From Negaprion brevirostris (lineage: Eukaryota), in assembly GCA_030324005.1 (NCBI GenBank), contig JARDVH010000084.1, forward strand, positions 93,620,663 to 93,684,662: a stretch of DNA of 64,000 nt, in the 5' to 3' direction. A model generated the notes under the pieces. The model ran no database searches and was not told the DNA's origin. It was given only the letters and a program-made list of their open reading frames with translations. A program made the translations under genes and the position numbers. This document shows, one piece after another, positions 37,575 through 50,070 of this stretch (position 1 is the first letter of the stretch; every line of letters begins with the position of its first letter).

Positions 37575-38480
37575 ATTGAATTTGGCTGAATAACAACTCC
37601 AACCTTTCGAAGGCTTGACTTGATAAGTGATAAGTAAAATTTGTGCCATCTAAGTAACAGTCAAGACCATCTCCAGCGAACAAGAATTTAACCATCTCCC
37701 TTTGAGATTCAGTGCCAGTATTATTGCTGAATTTCCCCACCATTGGAGTGGAAATGGGGTTACCATTAACCAGAGACAGACCTGGATTTGCCATATGAAT
37801 TTTGTGGCTACAAGAGCAGGTTGGAGGCTGGGAATTCTGCAGCAAATACCTCATTCTAAAAAGGTGTCCACCACATACAGGACACTTGTCAGGAATGTGA
37901 TGAAATATTCTCCATTTGCTTGGATGAGTTCAGTTCTGACAACATCAGCCAAGTACTGGTAAATGGAATTGGGTAAGAGGTCAGGTTTTCTCATGTGTCA
38001 GTACAGACTGGATAGACTGAAGAGCCTATGTACACTGTCTAATTTTATGATTCTAAGAAGCTCAATGCCATCCCGGAAAAGGCAACCTATTCACAACCTC
38101 AGCATTCACATCCCTCCACACTGAAGCATGGCGGCAACAGCACGCACTATATACAAAATGCACTGCAACAATTTCAAGGTTCTTTAAACAGCACATTTCA
38201 AACTTGCAATCTCTATCACATAGAAGGATAAGGGCAGCATACGTATGGGAACTCCATCACCTGCAGCTTTGCTGGGCCATGCCTCCCCCAAGCCACATGC
38301 CAACCTGACTTCAACATGTCACAGACTTAAAAATTGGTAAATTCCCTCCCTAAGTTTTGTTAATGTTTTACCTAACACCTTATGGACTACAATTGTTCAA
38401 GAAGTCAGTTCGGAATCGCCAAGGGCAATTAGGAATGGGCAATAAACACTGTCCTAGTCAGCTAACTAATTCACAGAACA
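37575..38480 (+). mobile_element. CR1/L2-clade LINE 3' fragment
   Basis: ATRAGWRLGIL and TTYRTLVRNVMKYSPFAW motifs; gggcaattaggaatgggcaataaa tail. Confidence 0.75.
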
Positions 38481-39778
38481 TTGGTTGGTTGGTTGGTGGG
38501 GGTGGGAAAGATTTTTTTTCTTTTAATTGCACTAACTCTTGCAGATATATAATTGAATGGCTGTCAACCACATCTTGATACCAAAGCTATCTAGACAGTG
38601 AGAGGTGGTCATACCCTAAACCATCACATTAGTGACTCATGGCATTGAGTTAATCTCTGGGTTTTCACCATACCCAATGACAGCAATGGAAAGTAACGTT
38701 GGTCTCATTTGTTTTCCAAGGGCGGATTAGGTTAAAATTACACTCAATCCTGCCACTAATCTTTGCCTATTTTGGCGATTACCCAATTTTTATACAGATG
38801 TACATTTTCCAGCAGGACATCCTAGAAAGTGGTGTGAAGTGAGAAAACCGCCACTTGTTTCCTCATCCTTAACTCAGCCACCATCCTGGCATTCCTGCTT
38901 GTCTATTCAGCTCAATTATACTTTTATTGGAGATATCAAGCCAAATGTACGGGCCAGATCTTCCAATCAGCAGTGATGCTGTGTGCATTGCTGCTGCTGG
39001 TTGAAATCATTACACTTTTGGTGCCCACTTTCAGTCAGGATTTCCAAGTCCAGCTAAAACATTAAAACCCTGGTGCAGCAATCAGGAGAAAACTGGAAAA
39101 AAAGGACAATTTTTTTTTTACAACATTATTGATCATACTTCCATAAGTACTTCAAAGTCTCGTGTACTCAATCGGTGTATCATAGGATGGGAAATGGATC
39201 ATTGGGCTTGGATTGGGAGGGTGGGTGACTTGTGTCAGATCAGAGTGTTGCTTGGTCGGGGTGGGTTAAGTTTTACTGTTAGTCACTTGAGTTACACTAG
39301 AGACTAGACAGTCTGTAACTTCTCGGATAAGTAATGTATTTGTTGTCCAAGAGATCAACGTAGCCTGGTGTTGCAGGCAATTCAAATCAGCCCATCGAAA
39401 GTTTAAACTTCCCAGGCAATGATGGCCCCTCTGTGCTCGTAAAGACCTCCTGAGGGTCCTGTTTCTTTCCAACAAATTGAGTAGAGTGTTAGGCATGGCA
39501 GTAGTGCAGCCTTACATAGCGTCCCATCGTTTTATCACTACCATTAAGTTTAAGTAAATCCACCTTCCAAAGTTAAATGGAAAGAGCAAAATAATATTCA
39601 CATTAGACTCCAAATGTGTCCATGCAAGCAACAGCCCAGACACAATACCTGCACAGTGCTTGCGCCCACAAAACTGTTCCCAGCAAGAGTCAGTGTTAAT
39701 AGAAGGGCAGAAAATTGAAGGGAAAATATACATTTCATTAGTTCTGGAAACTCAGGGTCAATTAAAGAGAGCACCAAC

Positions 39779-40069
39779 CTTTTCCAATGTTACATGGTCC
39801 TGCGAGGTCAATGCTCCCGGTCTCCTTACTAACTGGGTTCTTCACCGTGCAGTTATAAATTGTCTTGGCCTCATGTCGATCTAGAGACATTTCCAGTGTC
39901 GTTCCATTGTCAGTAACACTGTGTAACCCACCAGTTGTGATCTCCTCTGATCCTCTCCACCAGCTGTATTTCAGGTTACTGTTGTTTTCCACTGAACAGC
40001 TCAGGCTAACATTACAGATCCCATTAGTGGAGACACCTTTTATCTGTATGTTTAGATTTGATACACGTT
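39779..40069 (-). CDS. CD2/SLAM-family receptor, IgC2 exon
   Basis: Acceptor tctttgaatag|AA and donor AAAG|gttggt; 291 nt, phase 1-1. Translation ERVSNLNIQIKGVSTNGICNVSLSCSVENNSNLKYSWWR...IYNCTVKNPVSKETGSIDLAGPCNIGK has four Cys (CxxxLxC, YxCxxxNPVS, distal C), the SLAM C2 signature. Confidence 0.93.
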
Positions 40070-41039
40070 CTATTCAAAGAAAAGCATAAGTAGACTTAAT
40101 GATACAACAAGATTTAGAAGTTAGGACATTGGAGAATGTGTTTGTCAGTCATGATTTAAAGAAATTTATTTGATCACTTTAGGGACTCAGAGAAGGATAT
40201 CCTTTGTTGGCCTAATTTCTAGTGCCTTTCAACAGCTATGGAAGACAAATTCAATTGACCATTTTCTCCCCCCAGTAGAAAGCAGAGATTGATGCTACTG
40301 ATTCTCAGCTGGGAGCTTTGTGATCAATAGCTGGGAGCTGCTGCTTTGGACAAACAGAGGACTCAGATGCAGCAGCAACTCACCTGCTTCAAAAGACCTT
40401 TACATTACTGAGTCAAAAATCTTGGAACCCTAACCCAGCAGCACTGTGTGAATATCCTCACTGCAAGAGAATGCAGTCAGAAACAACACACACCATCATC
40501 TTTTTAAGGACCATTATGGATGGTCAACAGATATTGACCTTAGGGGGCAATGGCCACACTCCAAGAATGAATTTAAAGTATTGTCAGTGTATGTTGTTTT
40601 ATACTATGCCATACCTCCTTAGTGCCTAGCTGTGTAGGTTCACACTTTCTTCACCATAACAATAATGATTTGTGCATGTATTGCACTTTTAATATAATAA
40701 AATGCCTTGTTGGACTTCAATAGAATATTACCAATAAAAAACTGACTAATTTACATAAGGAGACTTTACAACAGATGACCAAAAACTTAGTTAAAGTGAA
40801 TCTGATAGCATAGTGTTTAATTACTGGACTAGTAACCCAAAAGCCTGGGCCAGAGAGCCGCTGATGTGAGGATGTCTGGTGAGTGGAGCCATGGGCAGGA
40901 TGAGGATGTGAGCTTAACATAAATAGACCTTATGGAAACGTGAGGGTATTTGTTTGAGAGGGTAGTGATATCCCCTTGAAGTGGCAATGTGAAAGAATCA
41001 ATGGGAATGTGTGAGCCTGTGAAGCAAGAATAACTATGG

Positions 41040-41270
41040 ACTTCCCTGGCAGCATAGATGAGATCATTCATCCTTTCCCTGCACTGTGTGTGAACCTCTT
41101 GTGTGTTGAGTTGGCATCCAGCACCTCCCAAACTGGAGGGCGAGGTTGGTGGATCTGCAGTCAGAGTGGCTGTAAAAAATATTGTGGCACACCTCAACTG
41201 CTTCCAGCAAGCAGTCCAAGGAGTTGTCAGTAAAGTTGAGGACAGCTGTCTTTTTTCATTTTGGGGCTCT
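41040..41270 (-). mobile_element. Harbinger Myb/SANT DNA-binding ORF remnant
   Basis: KKTAVLNFTDNSLDCLLEAVEVCHNIF, then after a frameshift TQCRERMNDLIYAAR; resembles the Myb/SANT (NAIF1-like) partner protein of Harbinger elements. Confidence 0.65.
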
Positions 41271-42025
41271 CCCCTTGCTGTGCATCAGTCCTGGTGTAAG
41301 CGATTACACTTTAAGTATGGCAGACAGGGCATGTTAGCAATGAGCAGCGTGTGCTAGGTGAATTGGAGGCAATTCTGGCATTTTTCCCATGGATGAACAT
41401 TTAATAAGCTCTAAATGATCTGGGGCAAAACTCTGCCTTTGCAGCTGGTGGAGAACTTGCCTTTTTTTTTTAAACCCACCATAGTACTTGATGTGTAAAT
41501 TGGAAAATGCCACTCTCTCTATGTACATTATATATATATTTTTTAAAGTTACTTTAAAAATTACATTTGAAAAGTATGCCTGGAAGGACAGTAGAAAGAC
41601 TTGAGTTTTGGTTGTAACGGATGGGGTTGAGGAAATTATCATGCCAGTTCTGCAACTTTTTTTTAAGATGGGAAACTTAATGCAAGAAGCAGGTGTCCTC
41701 TTTAAAAAAGGTAAGATTGGTCAGCTAATGTTCTCTCACAATGGAGACCAGCCTGTTCCACCTTGGTCAGGGCAAAAGTATGCCTTCATGAGGATGGGCA
41801 CCAAACTAGAAAACGTGGATTAATTGAACATTTCCAACAGCATTTTTTTTTTTTAATTATCTCCATCTGCAGTATTTGTAGAACGGCAGCTGGATGCTGG
41901 TTATGATATTTCTGATCTCTCATAGCTTTAATGCCATCAGATAATGTAAATTGGTGCCTGACTTTTTTTTATGCCAATGCACCCATTTCCAAGAGCAGCA
42001 GGTCTTCAGGAAATCCATTCTTTCT

Positions 42026-42300
42026 GGGCAGCACAGTGATTCACACTGCTGCCTCACAATGCCAGGGACCCAGGTTCGATTCCCGGCTTGGGTCACTGTC
42101 TGTGCCAAGTCTGCACGTTCTCCCCGGGTGCTCCGGTTTCTTCCCACAAGTTCTAAATAAGTGCTCGTTAGGTGCATTGGCCATGCTGAATTCTCCCTCT
42201 GTAACCAAACAAATGCCTGAGTCTGGCAACCAGGGGATTTTCACAGTAACTTCATTGCAGTGTTAATATAAGTCTCCTTGTGACAGTAATTAATAAACTT
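42026..42300 (+). repeat. Full-length tRNA-derived SINE
   Basis: gggcagcacagtg head, B-box-like ggttcgattccc, V core and cttgtgacagtaattaataaactt tail. Confidence 0.9.
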
Positions 42301-42829
42301 GCATCTGATCTGCTCTAATCCTCTGTCTTCTAATCTTCTGCACAAATCTTTTCCCCCTGCACTGATTGTCACTTCCAATGGGTAAGATTGTCTGGTAAGA
42401 CATTGCATTGATTCCAAGATGGTGCCAGAATGAGGCAACTTCTTGCAAACTGTGTCCAGCTCACCTTCTAATTCTACCTTTTATTCTTGTTCTATGCTTC
42501 TAAAATTCATTCTAACTCTTTTAAATTCTCCAGCAATTACATTCTGCACTCTCATTTCCTTCTCTATGAACAGTATTTTTTTCTGTATAGTGCACAAGAA
42601 AAAATACTTTTCACTGTATGTTAATACATCTGACAATAATAAATCAAATCAAATCACATGTTAAAAAAGGGTTAAAGGGGTATGTGGAACAGGTGGAGAG
42701 GTGGATTTGAGACCAGGAGAGATCAGCCAGGATCTGATTAAATGGCGAAGCAGTCTCGAAGGAGTGAATTTCCGACTTCTGCACCTAATTCCTATGTTCC
42801 TATGGAATTTGTCACACTTTAAACTGCCC

Positions 42830-44062
42830 CATCATGTTTTTTGAGGATGTGACCAGTAGAGTGGACAAGGGTTAACCAGTGAATGTTGTGTAACTGGGCT
42901 TTCAAAAGACTTTTGACAAGATCCCACACAAGAGATTAGTGAACAAAATTAAAACTCTTGTTATTGGGCTAATGTATTGATAATAGTTGGCAGAAAGGAA
43001 GCAGAGAGTGGGAATAAATGGGTCCTTTTCAGAGTGGCAGGCAGTGACTAGTGATGTACGGCAGGGTTCAGTGCTGGGACCCCAGCTTTTCACCAACTAC
43101 ATCAATGATTTTAATGAAGGAATTGAATGCAATATCTCCAAATTTGCAGTTGGCACTACGCTGGGTGGCAGTGTGTGCTGTGGGAAGGATACTAAGAGGC
43201 TGCAGGGTGACTTGGACAGGCTGGCTGAATGGATAAATACTTGGCAAAGGCAATATAATGTGGATAAATGTGAGTTTATCCACTTTGGTAGCAAAAACAA
43301 GAAGGAAGATTATTAGCTGAATGGTGACAGTTTAGCAAAAGGGGAAGTGCAGCATGACCTGGGTGTCACGGTGGAACAGTTGATGAAGGTTGTTGTGCAG
43401 GTACAGCAGGCGGTGAGGAAAGCTAATGGCATGCTGGCCTTCATAGCAGGAGGATTTGAATATCAGAGTAAGGATGTCTTGCTGCAGTTATACAGGGCCT
43501 TGATAAGGCCACGCCTTGAGTATTGTGTGCAGTTTTGGTTTCCTAGTTTGGGGAAGGACATTCTTGAGATTGAGGGAGTCCACAAAGGTTCACCAGCCTG
43601 ATTCCTGGAATGGCAGGACTGACATATGAAGAGAAACTGGATCGACTGGACTTGTACTCACTGGAATTTAGAAGAATGAGAGGGGGATCCCATAGAAACA
43701 TATACAATCCTGATGGGACTGGACAGTCTGGATGTGCGAAGAAGGTTCCCAGTGTTGGGGAAGTCCAGAACTAGGGGTCACAGTCTAAGAATAAAGGATA
43801 AGCCATTCAGGACAGAGATGTGGAAGAACTTCTTCACTCAGAGAGTTGTGAACCTATGGAATTCTCTCCCACAGAAAGCTGCTGGAGCCAGTTTAGTGGA
43901 TATGTTCAAGAGGGAGCTGAATGTGGCCCTTGCGGCTAAAGGAATCAAGGGATTATGGAGAGAAAGTGAGAGTGGGAAGGTGAAAGTGATTATATTGAAT
44001 GGTGGAGCAGGCTCAACAGGCTGAATGGCCTGTTCCTGCTCCTACTTTCTATATTTCTATGT
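42830..44062 (+). mobile_element. CR1 LINE 3' ~1.2 kb
   Basis: QGSVLGPQLF, RPRLEYCVQFW and FFTQRVVNLWNSLP motifs; tttctat tail. Confidence 0.95.
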
Positions 44063-44244
44063 TTTCCAATATCAGCTTTAAAATTATAAAACAGAGTAGT
44101 CATGCCTCACCATGGACACAGGACTCCTGCCGTGGGAACAACCTATACACTTACACAGAAAAATAAAAGAAAATATGAACAGGAGCAGTTCTGAGCTCTG
44201 CAAATTACACAGTTCACCTTGAAAGAGGAACAAGCTGCAATACT

Positions 44245-44465
44245 TGTATAAAAGCAGAAAATGTTGGAAAATCTCAGTAGGGCTGACAGCATCTGTGGAG
44301 AAAGAGTCAATGTTTTGAGTTTGTAAGACTCTTCTTCAGATGTAATAAGGATTCAAGACATTAACTCTGTTTCAATCTCTACAGCTACTGCCAGATTGGC
44401 CAAATTTTTCCAACACTTTCTGTTTTTTATTTCCAATTTCCAGCATCCACAGCATTTTGCTTTCA
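44245..44465. repeat. Palindromic Penelope-derived repeat
   Basis: aaaagcagaaaatgttggaaaat...atttttccaacactttctgtttt inverted arms. Partial copies at ~17490, 22340, 25160 and 44670. Confidence 0.65.
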
Positions 44466-44759
44466 AGTTAATGTTAACAGTCATGGTGTTTTATCCAGCT
44501 CATCCTGCCCCTTGCCACTTGTGTTCCTTCCCTTTTACCTACATTTGCCACAACTAGGGAACCCTGGACAAGGAAAATGTGGAAACCATCATCACCATTG
44601 ATGCCTTTCCACAATGCTGGTTGCATTGCAGGGATTAAGACCTAGCTGGCAATATGATACTTTTTAAAGGCAAAATACTGAGGCTGTTGGAATCTGAAAG
44701 GATGGTGTCAGACTTGGTGAAATTTTCCAGCATTTTCTGCTGATGCTGTCAGACCTGGT

Positions 44760-44950
44760 TTAGGTTTATTTATGAGTGTCACACGAAGGCTTATATTAAT
44801 ACTGAAATGAAGTTACTGTGAAAATCCCCTAGATGCCACACTTCAGCACCTCTTTGGGTATACAGAGGGAGAATCTAGCATGGCCAATGCACCTAACCAA
44901 CACATCTTTTGGGTGGCATAGTGGTTAGTACTGCTGCCTCACAGCACCAG
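44760..44950. repeat. SINE 3' half (minus) abutting another SINE head (plus)
   Basis: Reverse complement of the 42170-42300 tail, followed by gggtggcatagtggttagtactgctgcctcacag. Confidence 0.8.
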
Positions 44951-45154
44951 GNNNNNNNNNNNNNNNNNNNNNNNNNNNNNNNNNNNNNNNNNNNNNNNNN
45001 NNNNNNNNNNNNNNNNNNNNNNNNNNNNNNNNNNNNNNNNNNNNNNNNNNNACAGGGCAATTGGGCTCAGATCCAGGAATATGCCCTCAATGACACTTAA
45101 GTACACAAAGGTTGTTAGATCAGACATGTAATCCTATAATTAAAGAGAGATTAC

Positions 45155-45490
45155 CATAAACTCGCAGTTCTGTAACTTCTTCGTGAACAACGCCTTCTGA
45201 TCTTGCATTAACTTCATAGAAGCCTTGGTCACTTTTCCTCAGGGTCTGTATTTCCAAACTGAAGTCTGTGAGGTTTAAGTTGATTCTCTGTCCAAACTCA
45301 TTGGTACAGTCTGCTGGGTTGTTTTGGGTTTTCATACATAGTTGAATCTTTATCCCACTGGATGAATTTGTGAAGTCCCAAGTAACTATCGAAGGGTCTG
45401 CCCATGGTAAATGTACTGATAACGTTACAGACTGTCCCAGAGTCCCATTCACCAGGTGCAAAATGGAATTCCCATCCACCCGTCCCAGAC
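45155..45490 (-). CDS. CD2/SLAM-family receptor, N-terminal IgV-like exon
   Basis: Acceptor tttcttttccag|G and donor TATG|gtaatc; 336 nt, phase 1-1. Translation GLGRVDGNSILHLVNGTLGQSVTLSV...VTWDF...RINLNLTDFSLEIQTLRKSDQGFYEV...ELRVY has the V-set motifs (G-x-S-V-T-L, C-strand Trp, D-x-G-x-Y) but no B-F cysteines, as is typical of CD2/SLAM domain 1. Confidence 0.92.
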
Positions 45491-47994
45491 CTGGAAAAGA
45501 AACAGGATGTGCCATGAGAGTGCTTTTAGTTCTGGTTTGTTTGGGACTGACTTTCTACTCTGTCCTCCATTGTTGTTCCTGAACTGAAATACATTTCAGA
45601 GTTTGTGCAAGCACTGATATAGTATTAGTTAGAAGCCATGGCTCTTAAACTTAGAGAAGTCTTCAGTTGGAGAGTTTCACTTATAATCCTTGTACCTGAA
45701 TCATTGACTCAGCAAAATATAAACAGAGAAAATGAAAGAAAAATTTGCTATTAAAGAGTGCCTTTCAATCTCCCAAAGCACTTGACAGCCACTGAAGTAT
45801 AAGATATAGCCACCATTGTAATGTAGGAAATACAAGAGCCAGTTTTTCATACAGTAAGCTCCTACAAATAGCAGAGATGATGACCAAATATCATGTTTCA
45901 ATTATGTTAACTAAAGTATAAATATTGAGCAATACATAAGGAAAACCTTCCCCCTCTTTCAAAATAGTGTTGACATCTTTTACATGTAGCCAAAAGGGCA
46001 GGGAGGGTCTTACTCTATTTTCCCATTGGAAAGACTGCGGGTGCGATCTTTCCTGCCATTCATATCACACTTCTATTGCAGTGTGGTTGGAGAATTTGGC
46101 AGCCAGCCAAATCTCTGTTCACTGTGGCAGGATGGGACAATCCCGCAGCTGTGAACGTAGTAAGATTGCAGCCTGCACCTCAGGCAGTGAAGCATGTCAC
46201 CAGTACTGCACTGGAATATCAGCCTGGATTTGTGTTCAGTAGTCTGGGAAAATCTCAAAACCAGCACTTTCTTAGAGACAACAGTGTTACCACCTAACCA
46301 TAATGGATTAAAATGACGTAAATATATGAGTAAGTGTCATTTTGGGTGAGAAAAGTGGTGTGATTCATGTGACATGACTGGCATGAATCAGATCGCAATT
46401 TTCCCACACTGTCATTTTTTTAGGAAAGGGGTGCCTGAGAGGATTCGAATAAGGTTTTATGTCAGAACTGAACGTGCTATATCCCTCACCTGCAATCTTC
46501 TAGCCCTGCTTCGCTCTAATGTGATCTTCATCAGGCGCGACATGGCTGCAAAATCGTGACCATTCTTTTCTTTTATAAGTTTTACAGGAAGGCATTTGAA
46601 CCCCAATCTCAAGTTTGGGTTGATTAGAAGCCTAAAGTGTTAACAAATATGAATCATGACATAAACTTAAGGGAGGTTGAACAAGAGTGGAGCAATGAAC
46701 GAGCTCCCAAAAGGTGGTTAACAGAGCAGTTGGCAACCTTACATTGATCCATAATTTTAAATGCTATCCAGATTGTTCGGGTCTTGACAACTAAAGGTCC
46801 CCTTGTTATTTACCATACCTCACCATGCCCTAGTGATTGGACACTCCCCTGAGCCATTCCATTCTTCCCTGAGCTATCTCACAAGGGTTCTGGTCTCTCC
46901 ATGAAGTCTCTAATTTTGTGTTAGAGGCTGTCAATTTCAAATCTTATTCCACCTCTGACTGCACTCCCTTCCACACACACACAATCACTCCACAAATCTG
47001 GATTCCGATCCCAAAGGAATTCTCTAACCATTCATCTCTAATGATCGCCAACACGTTTCCCATGTTTCAATTCCTTCGGCCTTCAGCTGTGCCCATGCCA
47101 TGCTCCCCAAGACCTCATCTCTAATACCTATCTCCTCCATCCCATGCTCTCAGATACATCTTGCTAATCTTGGCTCTCAGGCTGCCACCTGGTACGGAGT
47201 TTGTTTGCTCAACAGCCAGCCCAGCCTATAAGTCCAGCTTGATTGAGAATAGGAATCTGCTTTCCCTCTCACTTTTGTATCATTCACACGTTTGGCCACA
47301 ATATTCTCTGTTGCTCCTTCCAGATTGTTATATAGTGAAGACCTGGGGTTCCAGCACAGACCTATGGCACTCCACTGGTGACTGTTCTCCAATCTAAGAA
47401 ACAACAACTTATTGCTACTCGCTGCTTCACAACACCAGTTTTATGCCTTGGTGGCAAGTTTGTAAAGCACCCTGCTGTCTCTTTCACTTGCTGTTTATTA
47501 AGAGGAATACAACTAATTACAGGAACAAAATAAGTATTAATATAAAACTATATTCTCCTGGTTCTCCCACTGCCAACCCAGCTCCGTTGCTATGTTTCCA
47601 TTTGAGTACAAAAAAGCCCATTGTATCACTCTTCTTAATGCCTCACCTTACTCATAGAATCCGTTATGCCAGCTCTTTAAAGTATTATCAAATTCATACC
47701 ACTGTCTCTGCCCCTAAAGTCATAGATTTTTCTGTTTTGTTCTTACTGTTCCATTTCTCCTCCAGTCACATGACTGGACACCTCACTGTGAGATCTGGAA
47801 CTGGAGGTCAAATGAAGATTTTGTCTCTGCTGTTTTAAGCATTGGGATGTTGCATGCACAGCTTGGGTTGATTTTCAAATTTCTGCTCCCGTGAAAAAAC
47901 AATTTTGTGGAGAGTTAATGGAAATTAATAGAGTGTAAAAAATGCTGCTAATTTCCCATAGTGCATATTGCACAGAGTCAAATATAACCCCAAA

Positions 47995-49030
47995 GTGTAA
48001 GACCAAAAGGAACAGGAGCAGGAGCAGGCCATTCCGTCCTTTGAGTTTGTTTCACCATTTAATAAGTTCATGGCTGGTTGAACACTGACCAAGTCAATTT
48101 TCCTGCCTTCTCTCCGTAATGCTTAATTGCCCTAATGATTAAAAACCTATCGATCTCAGCCTTGAAAGTGCCCAAGAACTCAGACTCCACAGCTTCCTTG
48201 GGTAAAGAATTCCAAACATTCGCCACTCCGAGAAAATAAATTCTTCCTCAAATCCATCTTTAATGATTAACTCCTTAATCTGAGACTATGCCCCCAGGTC
48301 CTACACATGAATGGAAACATTTTCCCAACACTCCCAACAACCTGTCTAACCCCTGAACGATCTTACTATTTCAGCCTTATCACTTCTCATTCTTCTGAGC
48401 TCTAAGAATTACAGGCCTAGCCTGTCCAATGTTTCCTCACATGATAGTTACTCCATACCCTGGATCATCCTAGTAAACCTGCTCTCGACTGCCTCCAGTG
48501 ACATTATATATTTCCTTAACTAAGGGGACCAAAACTCTACAGTATTCTAAATGTGACCTCACTAGTATCTTGTGCAGTTATAGCAACACCTCTTTACATT
48601 TATATTCTGGCTCCCTTGGAATAAAAGCCAACAATTCATTTGCCTTCCCTATTACTTTGCACTTCTATGCCAGCTTTCTGAGTTTCATGAACAGCTACAG
48701 CTTTCTTCATATCTCTTCCATTTAAATAATAATCCATCTTCTCTGTCTTTCTTTCAAAACGAACTCTCTCATTTTCCCACATTGAATTCCATTTGACAAT
48801 TTTATGCCAGTCACTTAACCTGTCAATATCTTACTGTTATTTATATTCTCACAATCTGCCTTTCCTCCCATCTTTGTATCATCCACATATTTGGCCAAAG
48901 CATATTCTGTTCTTTCCTCCAAGTCATTAACATATATTGTGAGGAGCTGTGGTCCCAGCACTGATCCCTGTGGCACTCCACTAATTAATTCTCTGTCCTG
49001 AGAAAGACCTACTTATCTCTACTCACTTCT
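47995..49030 (-). mobile_element. CR1 LINE 3' fragment, old
   Basis: ggagcaggagcaggccattc tail and [10 protein letters not shown] on the reverse strand near 48950-48980. Confidence 0.8.
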
Positions 49031-49865
49031 TCACAATATCAGTTTTACGTCTTGGTGGCAAATTTGGAAAGCACCCTGCTGTCTCTTTCACTTGCTGTTT
49101 AGTAAGGGGAATACAGCTAAATTACAGGAGATACGGATATGACTGAGGTCTCCTGTGAATTTCCTCCCTTTTATATATGCTTTCTGTCAAACACAATGTT
49201 GCAGATGGAAAGTGGGTGGTGAATACATCGATTTTACCCAACTACTGGGTCTGTGAAGTCAGAAAAACAGAGTCTCATCGCAGATATGAAATCGATGTTC
49301 TTCCTGTAGCTATAAATTGATTGCAAAAGTACCTAATGTATTTCCGGTATAATCCTTGATCTACCCTGGAAAGCAGAGCGTTCACAAGACCGCGACCCTT
49401 GAGTAGGAAGGCTGGAGGATTGTGCTGGGGATATAATATCAAAGAAATCTAACTTTTCTGGTGATCCGGGCTATGTCTCAGCCCTGCATTACTCATTTTT
49501 TCCCATCCAAATTTGCATAAAAACAAATGTCTTTTAGATTTGGTTTGTAACACTGAGCGTATAGAGAAAGAGCTTGGAGGAAATTAATCCATTTCCATAA
49601 ACCACCAAAAATGTTTAGGCCACGAAGAGAACCAGGGGAATTTCTGAATCAGAAGAAATACTCATCAGAGAGAGGCTGAGCAAGCGACAGTTGGCAGGAG
49701 GGTGAATAAAGGCAGGATATTGAATCATTGGAAACACAGATGGAAGTTGATGAGGTTTGTATTGTGGCAGCACCAGCCCAAATAGGCGAAGGGTCGTCTT
49801 CATCTAAACTGATCTCAGCCTTCCTCCCATTCCCTTACAATGCCTTTCCTCCTTTCTGAGATTGA

Positions 49866-50070
49866 GCGGGATTTTTCTCCCACTCCATGGTGTGTTTTGT
49901 GGCAGCAGGGGGCAACGCACACTCGCGGTGCAATCTTATGGTCCTGTCGTTCTCAACAGGGTTTTCCGTTGAACGCACCCCTCGTCACCGGGAAATCCAC
50001 GGCAGGGATGCATCATCGGTGGGACCGCAAGATCTCACTGGCATGAACGGGAGCAAGATTTTGGGGAATG
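49866..50070. mobile_element. CpG-rich MITE-like element
   Basis: gcgggatttttctccc...cgggagcaagattt ends and internal inverted segments. Confidence 0.5.
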
